In this document: piece by piece, positions 40,480 through 52,506 of the stretch | Numbering within the stretch: position 1 is the first letter of the stretch | Layout of the letters: each line of letters starts with the position of its first letter | Assembly: GCA_003231645.1 (NCBI GenBank) | Contig: QIIW01000151.1 | Coordinates: 8,621-72,620, forward strand | From: Acidimicrobiia bacterium | GTDB lineage: Bacteria; Actinomycetota; Acidimicrobiia; Acidimicrobiales; Aldehydirespiratoraceae | DNA: 64,000 bases | Reading direction: 5' to 3' | The notes under the pieces: model-generated | Told to the model about the DNA's origin: nothing | The model's input: the letters and a program-made list of their open reading frames with translations, nothing else | The model's database searches: none | Program-made: the position numbers and the translations under genes

Positions 40480-42101
40480 TGAATTCTCTCCTTCTCGCCG
40501 AGGTGTCCGGTCCGGCATTCCCGGTTCTCACCGCCATCGTGGTGCTGCCGCTGATCGGGGCGGCGCTGCTCACACTGCTGCCCCGCAACCGGCCTGACCT
40601 GCTCAAGCAGGTGGCCGTGCTGGTGTCGGCTGCCGTGGGCGCCATGACGATCTGGGTACTCGTGCAGTTCGATACCGGCAGCGCCGCCGCCGATTTCCAG
40701 TTCGTCGACCGGCAGTCGTGGATCTCGAGCCTCGGGATTTCCTGGACCCTCGGGGTCGACGGTATCTCCCTGTTCCTGGTGGTGCTGACCGGGATTCTGT
40801 TCCCGATCTCGATCATCGCGGTCAATGAGAAGAAGGACCCCAAGTCCTACTACGCCTGGATCCTCGTGCTCGAGGCCGGCTGCCTGGGGGCTTTCCTGGC
40901 CCTCGACCTGTTCGCCTTCTTCGTGGCGTTCGAGATCGTGCTCGTACCGATGTACTTCCTGATCGCCAAGTGGGGTCACGGCGACCGGGCCTACGCCGCC
41001 ACCAAGTTCTTCATCTACACCATGCTCGGCTCGGCGCTGATGTTCGTGGGAATCCTCTCGCTGGTCTTCCTCACCGCATCCGCCACCGGCGGCCCGATCA
41101 CCTTCGATCTGCAGACATTGGCCAACAGCCAGGCGCTGTCGACCACCACCTCACGGTGGATCTTCCTGTCGTTTGCCGCGGCGTTCGCGGTGAAGGTGCC
41201 GTTGTTCCCCTTCCATACCTGGCTTCCTGACGCCCACACCAACGCGCCCACCGCCGGCTCGGTGATTCTCGCCGGCGTCATGTTGAAGCTCGGCACCTAC
41301 GGTTTCCTCCGCTTTGGCATTTACCTGTTCCCGGAGGCCGCGGTCTACTTCGCTCCGATGCTCATCACCCTCGGTGTGATCGGCATCGTCTACGGGGCGA
41401 TTGTCGCCACGATGCAAAAGGACCTCAAACGGCTGATCGCGTACTCGTCGATCGCCCACCTCGGCTTCATCATGATCGGTATCTTCGCCCTCGATACCCA
41501 GGGCCTTGAGGGCGGCCTGCTGCAGATGGTCAACCATGGCCTCTCCACGGGCGCCCTGTTCCTCTTGGTCGGGATGATCTATGAGCGTCGGCACACCCGC
41601 GAGATCGCCAAGCTCGGTGGTCTCCAGAAGTCGGCCCCGATCCTGGCGGCGGCCTTCATGATCGTGATGCTCTCGTCGGTGGGCCTGCCTGGTCTCAACG
41701 GTTTTGTGGGCGAGTTTCTCATCCTTCTCGGTTCGTTTGCCGCCCACCGCTGGTGGGCAGTGGTCGCTGCGACCGGTGTGATCCTCGCCGCGCTCTACAT
41801 GTTGTGGGCCTATCAGCGGGTGTTCCACGGCCCGGCCGAGGGCGACAACGCCACCATGCCCGACCTCAATGCCAAGGAGGGTCTGGTCCTGATTTCGCTC
41901 ATCTCGATGATCGTGTTTCTCGGCGTCTACCCCAAGCCGGTGCTCGATCGCATGGAACCGGCTGTCGACGCCTTGATCAGCCACGTCGAGACCAATGTGC
42001 CCCGGTTCAAGGAGCCGACCGCCACCCACCTTGCCACGGTGAAACTGGGGGACCTGAGCGCCTTGGAAGGTTCCGCCTCCGGTGAAGGGAGCGGAAACTG
42101 A
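40476..42101 (+). CDS. nuoM: NADH-quinone oxidoreductase subunit M
   Basis: Contains FAVKVPLFPFHTWLPDAHTNAPTAGSVILAGV and AYSSIAHLGF. Confidence 0.93.
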
Positions 42102-43801
42102 TGCTCGCCCAGGTTGATTTCGTGCCGGTGGCAACGCCCACCGTGGTGTGGGCGGGTCTCGTCCCCCTGATGGTTCTGGGTGGCGGTGCCGTCCTGCTGG
42201 TGATGTTCCGGTCGGTGGTGAAGCGTCTTCCGACCGATTACGAGTCATGGGTCACCACCGCCCTTGGGCCGGTTACCGTCGTTGCGGCCTACGTGTTGGG
42301 TGGTGTTGCCGGCCAGGACCTTCCGTTGAGCGGGGTCCGCTCCAATGTCGGCGACGGCTGGTTCTACCTCGGGTTCCTGGTGGTATTGGCAGTGTCGGCC
42401 CTTCTGGTCTGGTCCCTCGACATCGGGCTCGACACGGCTTTCACGGTTGGTGTGGCCGTCACCACGCTGTCGGCCACGTGGATGCTCTGGGGCGACCGGG
42501 TGATGGTCGACGGGGCCTTCAACTCGATCGGCGAACAGCTCGGAGTGGACGGGTTCTCGATTGTCTTCACCGGGATCATGGCGGTAGCGGTGGGGCTCAC
42601 CGCACTGCTCCTCGACGACTACATCGAGCGTGAAGGCGTCGGTGGCGTCGAGATGTACGTTCTGTTGATGCTGTCGGCCGCCGGCGGCGTGGTAATGGCC
42701 AGTGCCAACGATCTGATCGTGCTGTTTCTCGGCATCGAGACGCTCTCGATCGCGGCCTACGTGTTGGCCGCCATGCACTCCAAACGGCTCGAGTCCTTGG
42801 AGGCCGGCCTCAAGTACTTTGTTCTCGGGGCGTTCTCTTCGGCGTTTCTCCTCTACGGCATAGCTTTCGTCTACGGCGCCACCGGTTCGACCAACCTGAT
42901 TGCCATTCGCACCTTCCTCGATGCCAACACTCTCACCGACGACGGCATGCTGTTGGCCGGCTTCGGTCTGATGCTGGTGGGTCTGGGGTTCAAGGTGGCG
43001 GCGGTGCCGTTCCATGCCTGGACCCCTGATGTCTACCAGGGTGCTCCCACCCCGGTCGTGGCCTACATGGCCTCCGCGGTGAAGGCCGCGGGTTTCGCCG
43101 CACTGGTTCGGGTGTTCGTCGTCACCTTCGGTGCCTACCGGCTCGATTGGCAGCCTGCGGTCTACGTGCTGGCGATCCTCACGTTGGTCACCGGTTCGGT
43201 ACTTGCCGTCGTGCAGCGTGATGCCAAGCGGATGCTGGCCTACTCGTCGATCAGCCACGCCGGTTTTATCCTCGTCGGGGTGCAGGCCGCCACGTCGAGG
43301 GGCACCGCTGCCGTGGTGTTCTATGCCTTGGCCTACACGTTCCTGGTCATCGGCAGTTTCGGGGTGCTCACCGCGGTGTCGGGTCAGGGAGACCGGGCCA
43401 CCACCCTCGAGGATCTCGACGGTCTGGCCGACCGTAGGCCGGCCCTGGCGCTGGCCTTCACGATCTTCCTGCTCGCTCAGGCCGGCGTCCCCCTCACCAC
43501 CGGTTTCGTCGCCAAGCTAGAGGTGATCGGCGCGGCGGTCGAGGCTCACTCCTACTGGCTGGCGCTGATCGCCATGCTCACCGCCACGGTGTCGGCGTTC
43601 CTCTATCTACGGATCGTGCTCGCCATGTACGTGGGCAAGTCGTCGGAGGAGGCACTCGCCGCGCCGCGTGCTCGCATTCCCACCGCCGTGATTCTGGTGA
43701 TCGGAATAGCGTTCGTGGTCACGGTCGGATTCGGAATCATCCCCGATCCGATCGACCAACTGGCCAGAGACGCTGTGCCGCAGCTCGTCGCCTCGGGTTG
43801 A
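42101..43801 (+). CDS. nuoN: NADH-quinone oxidoreductase subunit N
   Basis: Contains FKVAAVPFHAWTPDVYQGAPTPV and AYSSISHAGF. A long N-terminal region. Confidence 0.9.
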   Translation: MLAQVDFVPVATPTVVWAGLVPLMVLGGGAVLLVMFRSVVKRLPTDYESWVTTALGPVTVVAAYVLGGVAGQDLPLSGVRSNVGDGWFYLGFLVVLAVSALLVWSLDIGLDTAFTVGVAVTTLSATWMLWGDRVMVDGAFNSIGEQLGVDGFSIVFTGIMAVAVGLTALLLDDYIEREGVGGVEMYVLLMLSAAGGVVMASANDLIVLFLGIETLSIAAYVLAAMHSKRLESLEAGLKYFVLGAFSSAFLLYGIAFVYGATGSTNLIAIRTFLDANTLTDDGMLLAGFGLMLVGLGFKVAAVPFHAWTPDVYQGAPTPVVAYMASAVKAAGFAALVRVFVVTFGAYRLDWQPAVYVLAILTLVTGSVLAVVQRDAKRMLAYSSISHAGFILVGVQAATSRGTAAVVFYALAYTFLVIGSFGVLTAVSGQGDRATTLEDLDGLADRRPALALAFTIFLLAQAGVPLTTGFVAKLEVIGAAVEAHSYWLALIAMLTATVSAFLYLRIVLAMYVGKSSEEALAAPRARIPTAVILVIGIAFVVTVGFGIIPDPIDQLARDAVPQLVASG

Positions 43802-44013
43802 TCATCGCGGTACGAGCCCGCAACACCGTCACCCCCGCGGAACCGGTGTCATGGGACGAGGCCGGCAGGATCGTGAGTATCGTCCCACTCCAATCACGAC
43901 ATGTTGATCCGCTGACTCACGTCACCTGCCTGTGACGGAACATCATTGCACGCTCCTCGGGATAGGCTGGGCGCGCTAGGGCGCTACCCGTATTCCGAAC
44001 GACCGGGGCGCCG

Positions 44014-45003
44014 ATGCCAGAGAGGCACGTTCGGATCGTGGCTGTCACCGATGTTGAGATCGCTAGGACAATCCCGGCCGAGGAGTGGGCTGCGCTCGAG
44101 CCGATGATCAACGCGATCGAGCAGCTCAAGGTCGAGCGGGATGCCGTCGTGTTGGCCCACAACTACATAACCCCCGCGATCTACCACGGTGTCGCCGATT
44201 TGACCGGCGACTCACTCGGCTTGGCGCGTGCCGCGGCGGAGACCGACGCGGAGGTGGTTGTCTTCGCCGGGGTGCACTTCATGGCGGAATCCGCAAAGAT
44301 CATCTGCCCCGACAAGACCGTCCTCATTCCTGACCCCACCGCGGGTTGCTCGCTCGCCGCGTCGATTACCGGCGCCGATATCCGCCGGTTGCGCAAACGC
44401 TACCCAGGTGTGCCGGTGGTCAGCTACGTCAATACCTCTGTCGAGGTGAAGGCCGAAACCGACATCTGCTGCACCTCGTCCAACGCGGTCGCGGTTGTCG
44501 AGTCGCTTGGCGCTGATCGAGTCATCTTCGTACCCGACAAGTACCTCGGCCACTATGTCGCGAGCCAGACCGACACCGAGATCATCTTCTGGGAAGGTGC
44601 TTGCGAGGTCCACGAACGTTTCAGCGGCGAGGAACTGCGCGAATACCGTCGGAGCGTGCCCGGGGTTCCGATCATCGCCCATCCTGAGTGCCCGCCCGAC
44701 GTGCTCGACGAAGCCGACTATGTCGGCTCCACCGCCGGCATGATCGGCTGGGTGAAAGGCAACCGGCCCGAGAGGGTCGTGATGGTGACCGAGTGCTCAA
44801 TGAGTGACAACGTCGCGGTCGAGGTTCCGGATGTCGAACTTGTCAGACCCTGCAACCTTTGCCCTCATATGAAGAAGATCACCCTCGAGAAGGTCCGTAA
44901 CTCGCTTTTGTGTTTGGAGCATGAGGTTCTGGTCGACCCCGAGATCGCGGCGCGAGCCCGTCAGGCCGTTGACCGGATGCTTTCGGTGAGCGGGACCGGA
45001 TGA
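44014..45003 (+). CDS. nadA: quinolinate synthase
   Basis: Contains VVLAHNY, GDSLGLA, CCTSSNA, HPECP and VGST. Confidence 0.92.
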   Translation: MPERHVRIVAVTDVEIARTIPAEEWAALEPMINAIEQLKVERDAVVLAHNYITPAIYHGVADLTGDSLGLARAAAETDAEVVVFAGVHFMAESAKIICPDKTVLIPDPTAGCSLAASITGADIRRLRKRYPGVPVVSYVNTSVEVKAETDICCTSSNAVAVVESLGADRVIFVPDKYLGHYVASQTDTEIIFWEGACEVHERFSGEELREYRRSVPGVPIIAHPECPPDVLDEADYVGSTAGMIGWVKGNRPERVVMVTECSMSDNVAVEVPDVELVRPCNLCPHMKKITLEKVRNSLLCLEHEVLVDPEIAARARQAVDRMLSVSGTG

Positions 45004-46586
45004 CCACTGTCCGTGTCGAACACAGCCCGGCCATCGTAATCGGAAGCGGTATCGCCGGCCTGTCCACCGCCCTCGCGCTGGGGAATTGCACGCTGCTCAC
45101 CGCGTCGACGCTGGGTGAGGGCGGCTCCAGCCGCTGGGCCCAGGGCGGTGTCGCGGCCGCGATCGGCGGCGCTGACTCACCGGCCGACCATGCCGCCGAC
45201 ACGCTTGGCGTAGGCGCCGGGCTCGGCGATGCGAGCATCGTCGGACTGGTAACCGGCCTCGCGCCACAGGCCATAGCGGAAATGGTCGCACGAGGCGCCC
45301 GCTTCGACCGCGGCGATGACCATGCCATCGCCCTCGGTCGTGAGGCCGGTCACCGGGAGCGTCGCATCGTTCACTCCAACGGCGATGCGACCGGTGCTGA
45401 ACTGATTCGTACCCTGGTGGAGGCGGTGCTGGACGAGCCCCGCATTCGTCGAGTGGAGGGCGCCCGGCTCGTGGACCTGGTGTGCGCCGGAGTTCGGGTG
45501 GCAGGCGTCGTTGCCTGGCATGTCGACGGTGCGGTTGTCGTGCATCTCGCGCCTGCCGTCGTGTTGGCCACGGGAGGCTACGGGCACTGCTTTGCCCACA
45601 CCACCACGCCCGACGGTGTCTGCGGCGACGGAATAGCGATAGCAGCCCGCGCCGGCGTCACCATCGCCGATATGGAGTTTGTGCAGTTCCACCCCACCGC
45701 GCTCGCTGCCGGTGGCGATCCTCTGCCGTTGTTGACCGAATCGCTGCGCGGCGAGGGTGCCGTGCTGGTCGACGAGACCGGAGTGCGCTACGTATTGTCC
45801 GTCGACCCCGAGGGCGAACTCGCACCCCGCGACATCGTGGCCAGAGCAAACTACCGGTGGAGCCGTGATGGCCACGACACCTTTCTCGACGCCCGCTGCA
45901 TCGGTGAGCACTTCCCCAAGCGGTTCCCGACAGTATTCGGCCTTTGTGCCGGCCGAGGGTTGGACCCGCGACGCGACCTGCTGCCGGTGTCGCCGGCCGC
46001 CCATTACACGATGGGAGGGGTATACACAGTGGGCCCCGGCCGGACCTCACGGCCCGGGCTGTGGGCGGTGGGGGAGGTGTCCGCATCGGGCCTCCATGGC
46101 GCCAATCGGCTGGCCAGCAACTCAATGCTGGAAGGCCTGGTACTGGGCAAGGAGGCCGCCGTCGACATCCTCGCGGTGACAGCCGCAGCACCGGGCCCCG
46201 AGGCGACGTTCTGGGTGTCCGCCGACGCCTGGGTGCTCGAATCCGAGGAACCCGCCGTTTCGGCCCGGCTGCGCGAGCTGCTCTGGGAGGGAGCCGGTGT
46301 GGAGCGGGACGGCGACGGACTCCGGACCCTGCAGCGGGAAATCGCAGGTCTGGCTCACGACGCCGGATGTTCGGTCAGCGGTCGCAACCAACTGCTGATA
46401 GCCAGCCTGGTCGCCGATGCCGCGCTGGCCAGGACCGAGAGCCGTGGCGCCCATTTCCGCACGGATTATCCACATGACGATGCTGAGCAGGCTTCGCGCC
46501 GCACGGTTCGGCTCCCACCGGTGAACGCATCCGCTTTGCGCCTGACGCCCGGCAACGCCAGGATCGATCTGCATATGGCCGTGTGA
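45000..46586 (+). CDS. nadB: L-aspartate oxidase
   Basis: Contains [31 protein letters not shown] and [10 protein letters not shown]. Confidence 0.93.
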   Translation: MTTVRVEHSPAIVIGSGIAGLSTALALGNCTLLTASTLGEGGSSRWAQGGVAAAIGGADSPADHAADTLGVGAGLGDASIVGLVTGLAPQAIAEMVARGARFDRGDDHAIALGREAGHRERRIVHSNGDATGAELIRTLVEAVLDEPRIRRVEGARLVDLVCAGVRVAGVVAWHVDGAVVVHLAPAVVLATGGYGHCFAHTTTPDGVCGDGIAIAARAGVTIADMEFVQFHPTALAAGGDPLPLLTESLRGEGAVLVDETGVRYVLSVDPEGELAPRDIVARANYRWSRDGHDTFLDARCIGEHFPKRFPTVFGLCAGRGLDPRRDLLPVSPAAHYTMGGVYTVGPGRTSRPGLWAVGEVSASGLHGANRLASNSMLEGLVLGKEAAVDILAVTAAAPGPEATFWVSADAWVLESEEPAVSARLRELLWEGAGVERDGDGLRTLQREIAGLAHDAGCSVSGRNQLLIASLVADAALARTESRGAHFRTDYPHDDAEQASRRTVRLPPVNASALRLTPGNARIDLHMAV

Positions 46587-47434
46587 TGGCGGGTCCGGAA
46601 CTGCACCCGCTGATCTACGAGCGCGTCCTCCGGGTCGCGTTCGAGGAGGACCTCGGTCGGGTCGGCGACATCACGACGGATGCCGTGGTCTCGGCCGGTG
46701 TCCACGGCGAAGCGGCGATGATCGCCCGCAAGTCTGGCACGGTCGCCGGCTTGGGGATTGCCCGGTCCGCCTTCCAGCTTTACGAACCCGCCTTGGTTGT
46801 CGGCCTGGTTGCGCACGACGGCGACCGGGTCGAGGCCGGAGCGGTGCTGGCCACGGTGGCAGGCCCCGTCCGCGGGATACTCACCGGCGAACGTATCGCG
46901 TTGAACCTGTCCGGGCGTCTCTCCGGCATAGCAACGGCGACCCGTTCGATGGTCGACGCCGTGGCGGGCACCGGGACCAGGGTTGTGTGCACCCGCAAGA
47001 CCACACCGGGTCTCCGTGCCCTGGAGAAGTACGCCGTGCGCGCCGGCGGTGGATCAAACCACCGATTCGGGCTCGACGACGCAGTCCTGATCAAGGACAA
47101 TCACATCGCCATCGCCGGATCGATCACCAAGGCGCTGACTCGGGTGAAGCGGTCCGTCGGCCATCTCGTGAAAGTGGAGGTCGAGGTCGACACGCTCGGT
47201 CAACTCGAGGAACTCCTGAAAGTGGGCGCCGACGCGGTACTACTTGACAACATGGACCCCGAGGTCCTTGCCCAGGCGGTCGCAATGGTCAAGGGAAGGC
47301 TGATCACCGAGGCGTCGGGTGGCATCACCCCAGAGACCGCCCGTGTCAAGGCCGAGTCGGGGGTGGACCTGCTATCGGTCGGCTGGCTCACCCACAGCGC
47401 CCCCATCCTCGACATTGGCCTCGACATCGCGTGA
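46583..47434 (+). CDS. nadC: nicotinate-nucleotide diphosphorylase (carboxylating)
   Basis: Contains TGERIALN, TRKTTPGLR, GG..NHR.GL.D..LIKDNH and LLDNM. Confidence 0.92.
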   Translation: MMAGPELHPLIYERVLRVAFEEDLGRVGDITTDAVVSAGVHGEAAMIARKSGTVAGLGIARSAFQLYEPALVVGLVAHDGDRVEAGAVLATVAGPVRGILTGERIALNLSGRLSGIATATRSMVDAVAGTGTRVVCTRKTTPGLRALEKYAVRAGGGSNHRFGLDDAVLIKDNHIAIAGSITKALTRVKRSVGHLVKVEVEVDTLGQLEELLKVGADAVLLDNMDPEVLAQAVAMVKGRLITEASGGITPETARVKAESGVDLLSVGWLTHSAPILDIGLDIA

Positions 47435-47712
47435 CGAGAGCCGCGATGTCGCCACCCCGGATGCCACCGCGGGCCATGACCCCGATCTGAGGCCAGGTCC
47501 GCGACAAGACGAGAAGGCCACGGACCCGCGTCTGCGGGATCTCCGGGGCCAACAACCAGCGGCCGACCTGACCGATCCGACAGGTGGGTGATCGGTGTCG
47601 CGTCCACCAAGGGGGCCGTAGTCCTGATTGTGGACACCCTCGCGCGCTGAGCGGGGAATCCTGCGCAAAACGCGCATCCCTCGGAACCAATCATCTAGTA
47701 GGCTCGCGCCGC

Positions 47713-48078
47713 GTGTCGGAATTCCTCCGTAGCTATCTAACAGTCGCGATATTCGGCTTGGTCGGTCTTGCCCTGGTGGGCGCGTTCCTCGGTCTCGGCC
47801 GGATCCTGCGACCCGATCACCCCACTCCACAGAAGCTGGAGAGTTACGAATCGGGCGTCGACCCCACCGGCGACACGTGGTCTCAGGCCAATATTCGCTA
47901 CTACATCTTCGCTCTGCTCTTCGTCATCTTCGACGTCGAGGCGGTCTTCATCTTCCCGTGGGCGATCAGGCTCGACGCCTACGGGGCGTTCGGGCTCATC
48001 GAGATGGGGATCTTCATCTTCATCCTCCTGCTGGGTCTCATCTACGCGTGGCGCAAGGGTGTGCTGCGGTGGGCCTAG
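47713..48078 (+). CDS. nuoA2: complex I-like subunit A, second copy
   Basis: GTG 47713 (VSEFLRSYL...). YESGVDP and [12 protein letters not shown]. 121 aa. The listed ORF start at 47584 is upstream junk. Confidence 0.88.
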   Translation: MSEFLRSYLTVAIFGLVGLALVGAFLGLGRILRPDHPTPQKLESYESGVDPTGDTWSQANIRYYIFALLFVIFDVEAVFIFPWAIRLDAYGAFGLIEMGIFIFILLLGLIYAWRKGVLRWA

Positions 48079-48569
48079 TCGAATCAGGGAAGATTCCCAA
48101 GCCCCTCACCACGCTGCTCAACATGAGTCGCAAGTACTCGCTGTGGGTCTACCAGTGGGGACTCGCCTGTTGTGCCATCGAGATGGGAGCCGCCTTCGGT
48201 TCCCCGCGCTACGACGTCATGCGTCTCGGCGTGATACCGCTTCCGGCCAGCCCCCGTCAGGCCGACCTGGTCGTGATATCCGGCACTGTCACCGACAAGA
48301 TGGCACCGGCGATCAGGCGGCTCTACGAACAGATGCCCGACCCGAAATACGTGATCTCCATGGGATCGTGTGCCAACTGCGGTGGCCCCTACTGGGACTC
48401 CTACTCGGTGACCAAGGGCGTCGATCAGATCATTCCTGTCGACATCTACGTGCCCGGTTGCCCACCGAGGCCCGAAGCCCTGCTCGAGGGCATCATCATG
48501 CTCCAGGAACGCATTCAGAACGAAGACATGGCCGAGCGTTGGAAGGGTGAGTCGGTTGCCGCCGGCTGA
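48069..48569 (+). CDS. nuoB2: complex I-like subunit B, second copy
   Basis: Contains [29 protein letters not shown] and [11 protein letters not shown]. Start is GTG 48069, or an ATG slightly downstream. Confidence 0.9.
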   Translation: MGLVESGKIPKPLTTLLNMSRKYSLWVYQWGLACCAIEMGAAFGSPRYDVMRLGVIPLPASPRQADLVVISGTVTDKMAPAIRRLYEQMPDPKYVISMGSCANCGGPYWDSYSVTKGVDQIIPVDIYVPGCPPRPEALLEGIIMLQERIQNEDMAERWKGESVAAG

Positions 48570-49230
48570 CACCACCGACGCCACCGACGAACCGCCGGTC
48601 GTGGTCACCGACGAGGCCCGTGAGTCGCTTCTGGCCGGTATCACCGACGAACTCGGCGACGCCGTAGTCGGTTTCCACATCCGTCCCGGCGACGATCTCT
48701 GGATCAGGGTCGATCGTGACGCTTGGCTCGACATCGCCCGGTTCCTTCACACCGGTCTGGGTTTCGCCTACTTCAACTTTCTGTCGGCGATCGATTGGAT
48801 GCCATCGCCCTACGGGCGCAGCATGGACAGTGGTGTCGACCTCACCCTCGAGGGAGTGCGGGTCCCCGAGCCCGGACCGGTGGAGCAGGGCCTGGCCGGT
48901 GGCGACACCCGCTTCCAGGTGTTGGCCCGGGTCGACGATGTGATCTCCAACATGGGCATCACCCTCAAGGTCGACATCCCCGAAGACGACCTCAGTCTCG
49001 CCACGTGGGTTCCGGTCTACCCGGGTGCCAACTGGCACGAGCGTGAGTGCTGGGAGATGTTCGGCATCGAGTTCAGTGGACATCCGGGACTGCGCCACCT
49101 GTACCTGCCCGGTGAATTCGAGGGCAATCCGATGCGCAAGGACTACCCGCTGCTCGCCCGTCAGGTGAGGCCTTGGCCGGGCATCGTCGATGTCGAGGCC
49201 ATGCCCGATGACGACAAGGCCGACTCGTGA
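48547..49230 (+). CDS. nuoC2: complex I-like subunit C, second copy
   Basis: Contains [21 protein letters not shown] and MRKDYP. Confidence 0.9.
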   Translation: MSRLPPADTTDATDEPPVVVTDEARESLLAGITDELGDAVVGFHIRPGDDLWIRVDRDAWLDIARFLHTGLGFAYFNFLSAIDWMPSPYGRSMDSGVDLTLEGVRVPEPGPVEQGLAGGDTRFQVLARVDDVISNMGITLKVDIPEDDLSLATWVPVYPGANWHERECWEMFGIEFSGHPGLRHLYLPGEFEGNPMRKDYPLLARQVRPWPGIVDVEAMPDDDKADS

Positions 49231-50399
49231 CCACCGTCTCCGATCAGCAGAAGCTCTCCTACATAGCGGCGCAGGCCGCCGACGCCAGGGTCAATCTCGA
49301 GATCGAGTCGGAGGGCATGACCCTCAACCTCGGCCCGCAGCACCCCGCCACCCACGGCACGCTGCGTATCATCGCCAGGATCGACGGCGAGCAGGTGATC
49401 AGGGCCGATCCGGTGATGGGCTACATGCACCGCGGCTACGAGAAACTCACCGAGGTACGGACCTACCCACAGGTCACCACCCTCATCAACCGCATCGACT
49501 GGTTGGGCAGCTTCGCCAACGAGGTCCCGTTCATCCTCGCCGCCGAGAAGCTGATGGAGGTCGAGGCCCCGCCGCGTGCCCAGTGGATCCGCACGATCCT
49601 GTTCGAGATGAGCCGCATCGCCAACGTGGTCCTGTTCCTCGGCGACATGGCCGTGCAGGTTGGTGCGATCACACCGGTGTTCTTCGCTTTTCGTGACCGC
49701 GAACACGTTCTCAATCAGATCGAGTCGGTCACCGGCGGCCGCTTCCACCCCAACTTCGATCGTATCGGAGGCCTGAAGGACGATTTCCCCAAGGGTTGGA
49801 TCGACGAGACCCGTCAGGTCATGAAGAAGATGCGCCGCTTCTGCGACGAGATCGAAGTTCTGGTGATGGACAACGAGATCTTCCAGGCCCGCACCCGCGG
49901 CATCGGGGTGATCCCGGCCGATGTCGGCCTTTCCTACGGACTCTCGGGCGCCAACATCCGTGGTTCCGGTGTCGACCGCGACCTGCGCCGTGACAACCCT
50001 TGTGGCCTGGTCCACGACCAGATCGACTGGAAGGTCTGGACCCACCCCGACGGCGACTCGTTCTCGCGCTTCTGGGTCCGTCTCCAGGAGGTCCGCGAGT
50101 CCACCGGCATCGTCAGCCAACTCCTCGATTCGCTTCCGTCGGGTCCGGTCATGGCCAAGGTGCCGCGCATCATCAAGGTGCCGGCCGGTGAGGCCTACGT
50201 CGAGACGGAGAACCCCCTCGGTGCCATGGGCTATTACATCGTGTCCAAGGGGGATCTGGTGCCGTTCCGGGTCAAGATCCGGTCGGCGTCGTTTTCCAAC
50301 GTGTCGATCACCCCATGGTTGCTGCAGGGGGTCTACGTCCCCGACATCATCACGATTCTCGCCAGTCTCTACTTCATCCTGGGAGACATAGACCGGTGA
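49227..50399 (+). CDS. nuoD2: complex I-like subunit D, second copy
   Basis: Contains NLGPQHPATHGTLRII and YMHRGYEKL. No N-terminal extension. Confidence 0.92.
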   Translation: MTTVSDQQKLSYIAAQAADARVNLEIESEGMTLNLGPQHPATHGTLRIIARIDGEQVIRADPVMGYMHRGYEKLTEVRTYPQVTTLINRIDWLGSFANEVPFILAAEKLMEVEAPPRAQWIRTILFEMSRIANVVLFLGDMAVQVGAITPVFFAFRDREHVLNQIESVTGGRFHPNFDRIGGLKDDFPKGWIDETRQVMKKMRRFCDEIEVLVMDNEIFQARTRGIGVIPADVGLSYGLSGANIRGSGVDRDLRRDNPCGLVHDQIDWKVWTHPDGDSFSRFWVRLQEVRESTGIVSQLLDSLPSGPVMAKVPRIIKVPAGEAYVETENPLGAMGYYIVSKGDLVPFRVKIRSASFSNVSITPWLLQGVYVPDIITILASLYFILGDIDR

Positions 50400-51424
50400 T
50401 GACCCTGGGGGAACTGGCGTACTGGGAGTTGACTTCGCTGCGGGTGGCGGGTGGCCTGGCCGCGGTGTTGCTCGTGGCCGGCACCCTCGTGTACATCCAC
50501 CTGTTCAAGCTCGTGAGCTTCATGCAGAGCCGGCTCGGTCCCATGGAGGCCGGCCCCTACGGTTCGCTGCAGCTACTGGCCGAGGTCGGAAAGTTCCTGC
50601 AGAAAGAGGACATCTTCCCCCGTAAGGCCGATCGTTTCGTATTCGCGGCCGCGCCGTTCGTGGTGTTGATGTCGACCTTCCTGCTCGTGGTCGTCGTGCC
50701 GGGCGGCCCCGATGCCTGGTTCGTCGACAACGATCTCGGCATCTACCTCGCCATGGCGGTGTCCTCGGTGTCGGTGATCGGGGTCCTGATGGCCGGCTGG
50801 GGTTCGGCCAACAAGTACTCGCTCATGGGTGGCCTGCGAGCAACCGGGCAGCTCATCGCCTACGAACTGCCGCTGATGCTCGCTGTCGTCGGCGTGGTGA
50901 TCGAAGCCGGCACGATGAACATGCAGGGCATCGTCCTCGCCCAGGCCAACGGCTCGATCTTCGGGTGGAGCGGACTGGGGAACCCTTTCCTGCTCACCCA
51001 GTTCGTCGGATTCTTCGTCTTCATGATCGCCATGCAGGCCGAGCTCACCCAGAGCCCGTTCGACATGCCCATCGCCGAGTCGGAGCTGGTCACCGGCTAC
51101 ATGACCGAGTACTCCGGCATGCGGTTCCTGATGTTCTTCATCGGCGAATTCGCCACCGCCGGAGTGTTCTCGGCTGTCGCTGCGGTGCTGTTCCTCGGTG
51201 GCTGGTACGTGCCCGGCCTCGACGCCACCAGCAACGTCTTCAACGTGATCGGCCCGCTGGTGATGCTCGGAAAGGTCGTGTTCCTGTCGTTCCTCGTCTT
51301 CTGGTTCCGGTTCACGTTTCCCCGCTTCCGTGAGGACCAACTCCAGCGGTTGGCATGGAAGTTCCTCATCCCGATTGCTCTGGTCAACATCGTGGCGACC
51401 GGCATCCTCAAGGTCGCCTTCTAG
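50399..51424 (+). CDS. nuoH2: complex I-like subunit H, second copy. It directly follows D with no E/F/G between.
   Basis: The ATG overlaps the nuoD2 stop (GTGATGA). [18 protein letters not shown] and [13 protein letters not shown]. Confidence 0.9.
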   Translation: MTLGELAYWELTSLRVAGGLAAVLLVAGTLVYIHLFKLVSFMQSRLGPMEAGPYGSLQLLAEVGKFLQKEDIFPRKADRFVFAAAPFVVLMSTFLLVVVVPGGPDAWFVDNDLGIYLAMAVSSVSVIGVLMAGWGSANKYSLMGGLRATGQLIAYELPLMLAVVGVVIEAGTMNMQGIVLAQANGSIFGWSGLGNPFLLTQFVGFFVFMIAMQAELTQSPFDMPIAESELVTGYMTEYSGMRFLMFFIGEFATAGVFSAVAAVLFLGGWYVPGLDATSNVFNVIGPLVMLGKVVFLSFLVFWFRFTFPRFREDQLQRLAWKFLIPIALVNIVATGILKVAF

Positions 51425-51432
51425 GACTCGGC

Positions 51433-51972
51433 ATGGGACTCGTACCAGGACTTGTCAAAGGCCTCGGTGTCACCGGAAGGACGCTTCTTCAAACCGTCTT
51501 CCCGGGCGGCTTCAAGAAGCCGATCCCTGCCCCGATCAGGGGCGCCCAGACCGTGCAATACCCCCACGAGAAAGACATCCCTGCGCCGCGCGCCCGTGGT
51601 GTGATAGCGCTCCACGAGGGCAACTGCACATCGTGCATGCTATGTGTCCGTGAGTGCCCCGACTGGTGCATCTACATCGAGGCCCACAAGGAAAAGGCTC
51701 CACCTCGTCGTGCCGGCGGCAAGCCCCGCAAGAAGAACAAGCTCGACCGCTTCGACATCGACTTTGCTCTCTGCATGTTCTGTGGAATATGTGTCGAGGT
51801 CTGCCCGTTCGAGGCATTGTTCTGGAGCCCGGAGTACGAATACTCCGAGCCCCGAATCGCCGACCTGCTACACGACAAGTCGCGGCTCCACGAGTGGATG
51901 GCGACGGTGCCGGAGTTCGAGGACCACGAAACCGGCTCCGTGGTGAAGCAGAAGACGGTGCCGCCACTATGA
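51433..51972 (+). CDS. nuoI2: complex I-like subunit I, second copy
   Basis: Contains [12 protein letters not shown] and [12 protein letters not shown], with a basic linker [18 protein letters not shown] between them. Confidence 0.9.
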   Translation: MGLVPGLVKGLGVTGRTLLQTVFPGGFKKPIPAPIRGAQTVQYPHEKDIPAPRARGVIALHEGNCTSCMLCVRECPDWCIYIEAHKEKAPPRRAGGKPRKKNKLDRFDIDFALCMFCGICVEVCPFEALFWSPEYEYSEPRIADLLHDKSRLHEWMATVPEFEDHETGSVVKQKTVPPL

Positions 51973-52502
51973 GCGCGGTCTTCGCCGCGGTGTCGACCGA
52001 CGCCCCCATCTTCGTCGCGCAAAACGTGTTCTTCGCCGTCGTCGCCCTGCTCATGGTGGGATCGGCGCTGAAGGTTGTCACCACGTCCAACGTGGTCCAC
52101 GCCGCCCTCTGGCTGGTGCTGGTGCTGGCCGGCGCGGCTGCCCAGTTCATTCTGCTCGGGTCGGAGTTCGTGGCCGTCACCCAGGTGCTGGTCTACATCG
52201 GCGCGGTGGTGGTCCTGTTCCTGTTCGGTGTGATGCTCACCCGGGCCTCGATGGGTGACGACGAATCGGTGGCCGGTGAGAAGCGCTCGATGGCAGCGGT
52301 CGTCGCCGGGTTGTTGCTCGCCGTCATGAGCGTTGCTCTGATCGACAGTTTCTCCGACGACCGTGTGGTCATCGACCAACCACAGTTGGTCACCACGGTG
52401 GCCGACTCGATTTTCTCGCAGTACATCGTTCCCTTCGAAGCAATATCGGTGCTGCTGCTCGCCGCGCTCATCGGGGCGATAGTCGTGGCGAGGAGGGACT
52501 GA
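51969..52502 (+). CDS. nuoJ2: complex I-like subunit J, second copy
   Basis: ATGA overlap with nuoI2. [21 protein letters not shown]. Confidence 0.87.
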   Translation: MSAVFAAVSTDAPIFVAQNVFFAVVALLMVGSALKVVTTSNVVHAALWLVLVLAGAAAQFILLGSEFVAVTQVLVYIGAVVVLFLFGVMLTRASMGDDESVAGEKRSMAAVVAGLLLAVMSVALIDSFSDDRVVIDQPQLVTTVADSIFSQYIVPFEAISVLLLAALIGAIVVARRD

Positions 52503-52506
52503 CCCG

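Noticed and set aside
43802-44013. nadA-motif (class I NAD+) riboswitch upstream of nadA
   Set aside because: Only a vague CAACA...ACGA resemblance around a 6-bp stem. I cannot reproduce the tandem-domain architecture from memory with confidence. A covariance-model scan is needed before any call.
47628-47645. Possible Rex operator TTGTGGACACCCTCGCGC upstream of nuoA2
   Set aside because: Only the left half-site resembles TTGTGAA. The right half has no TTCACAA similarity.
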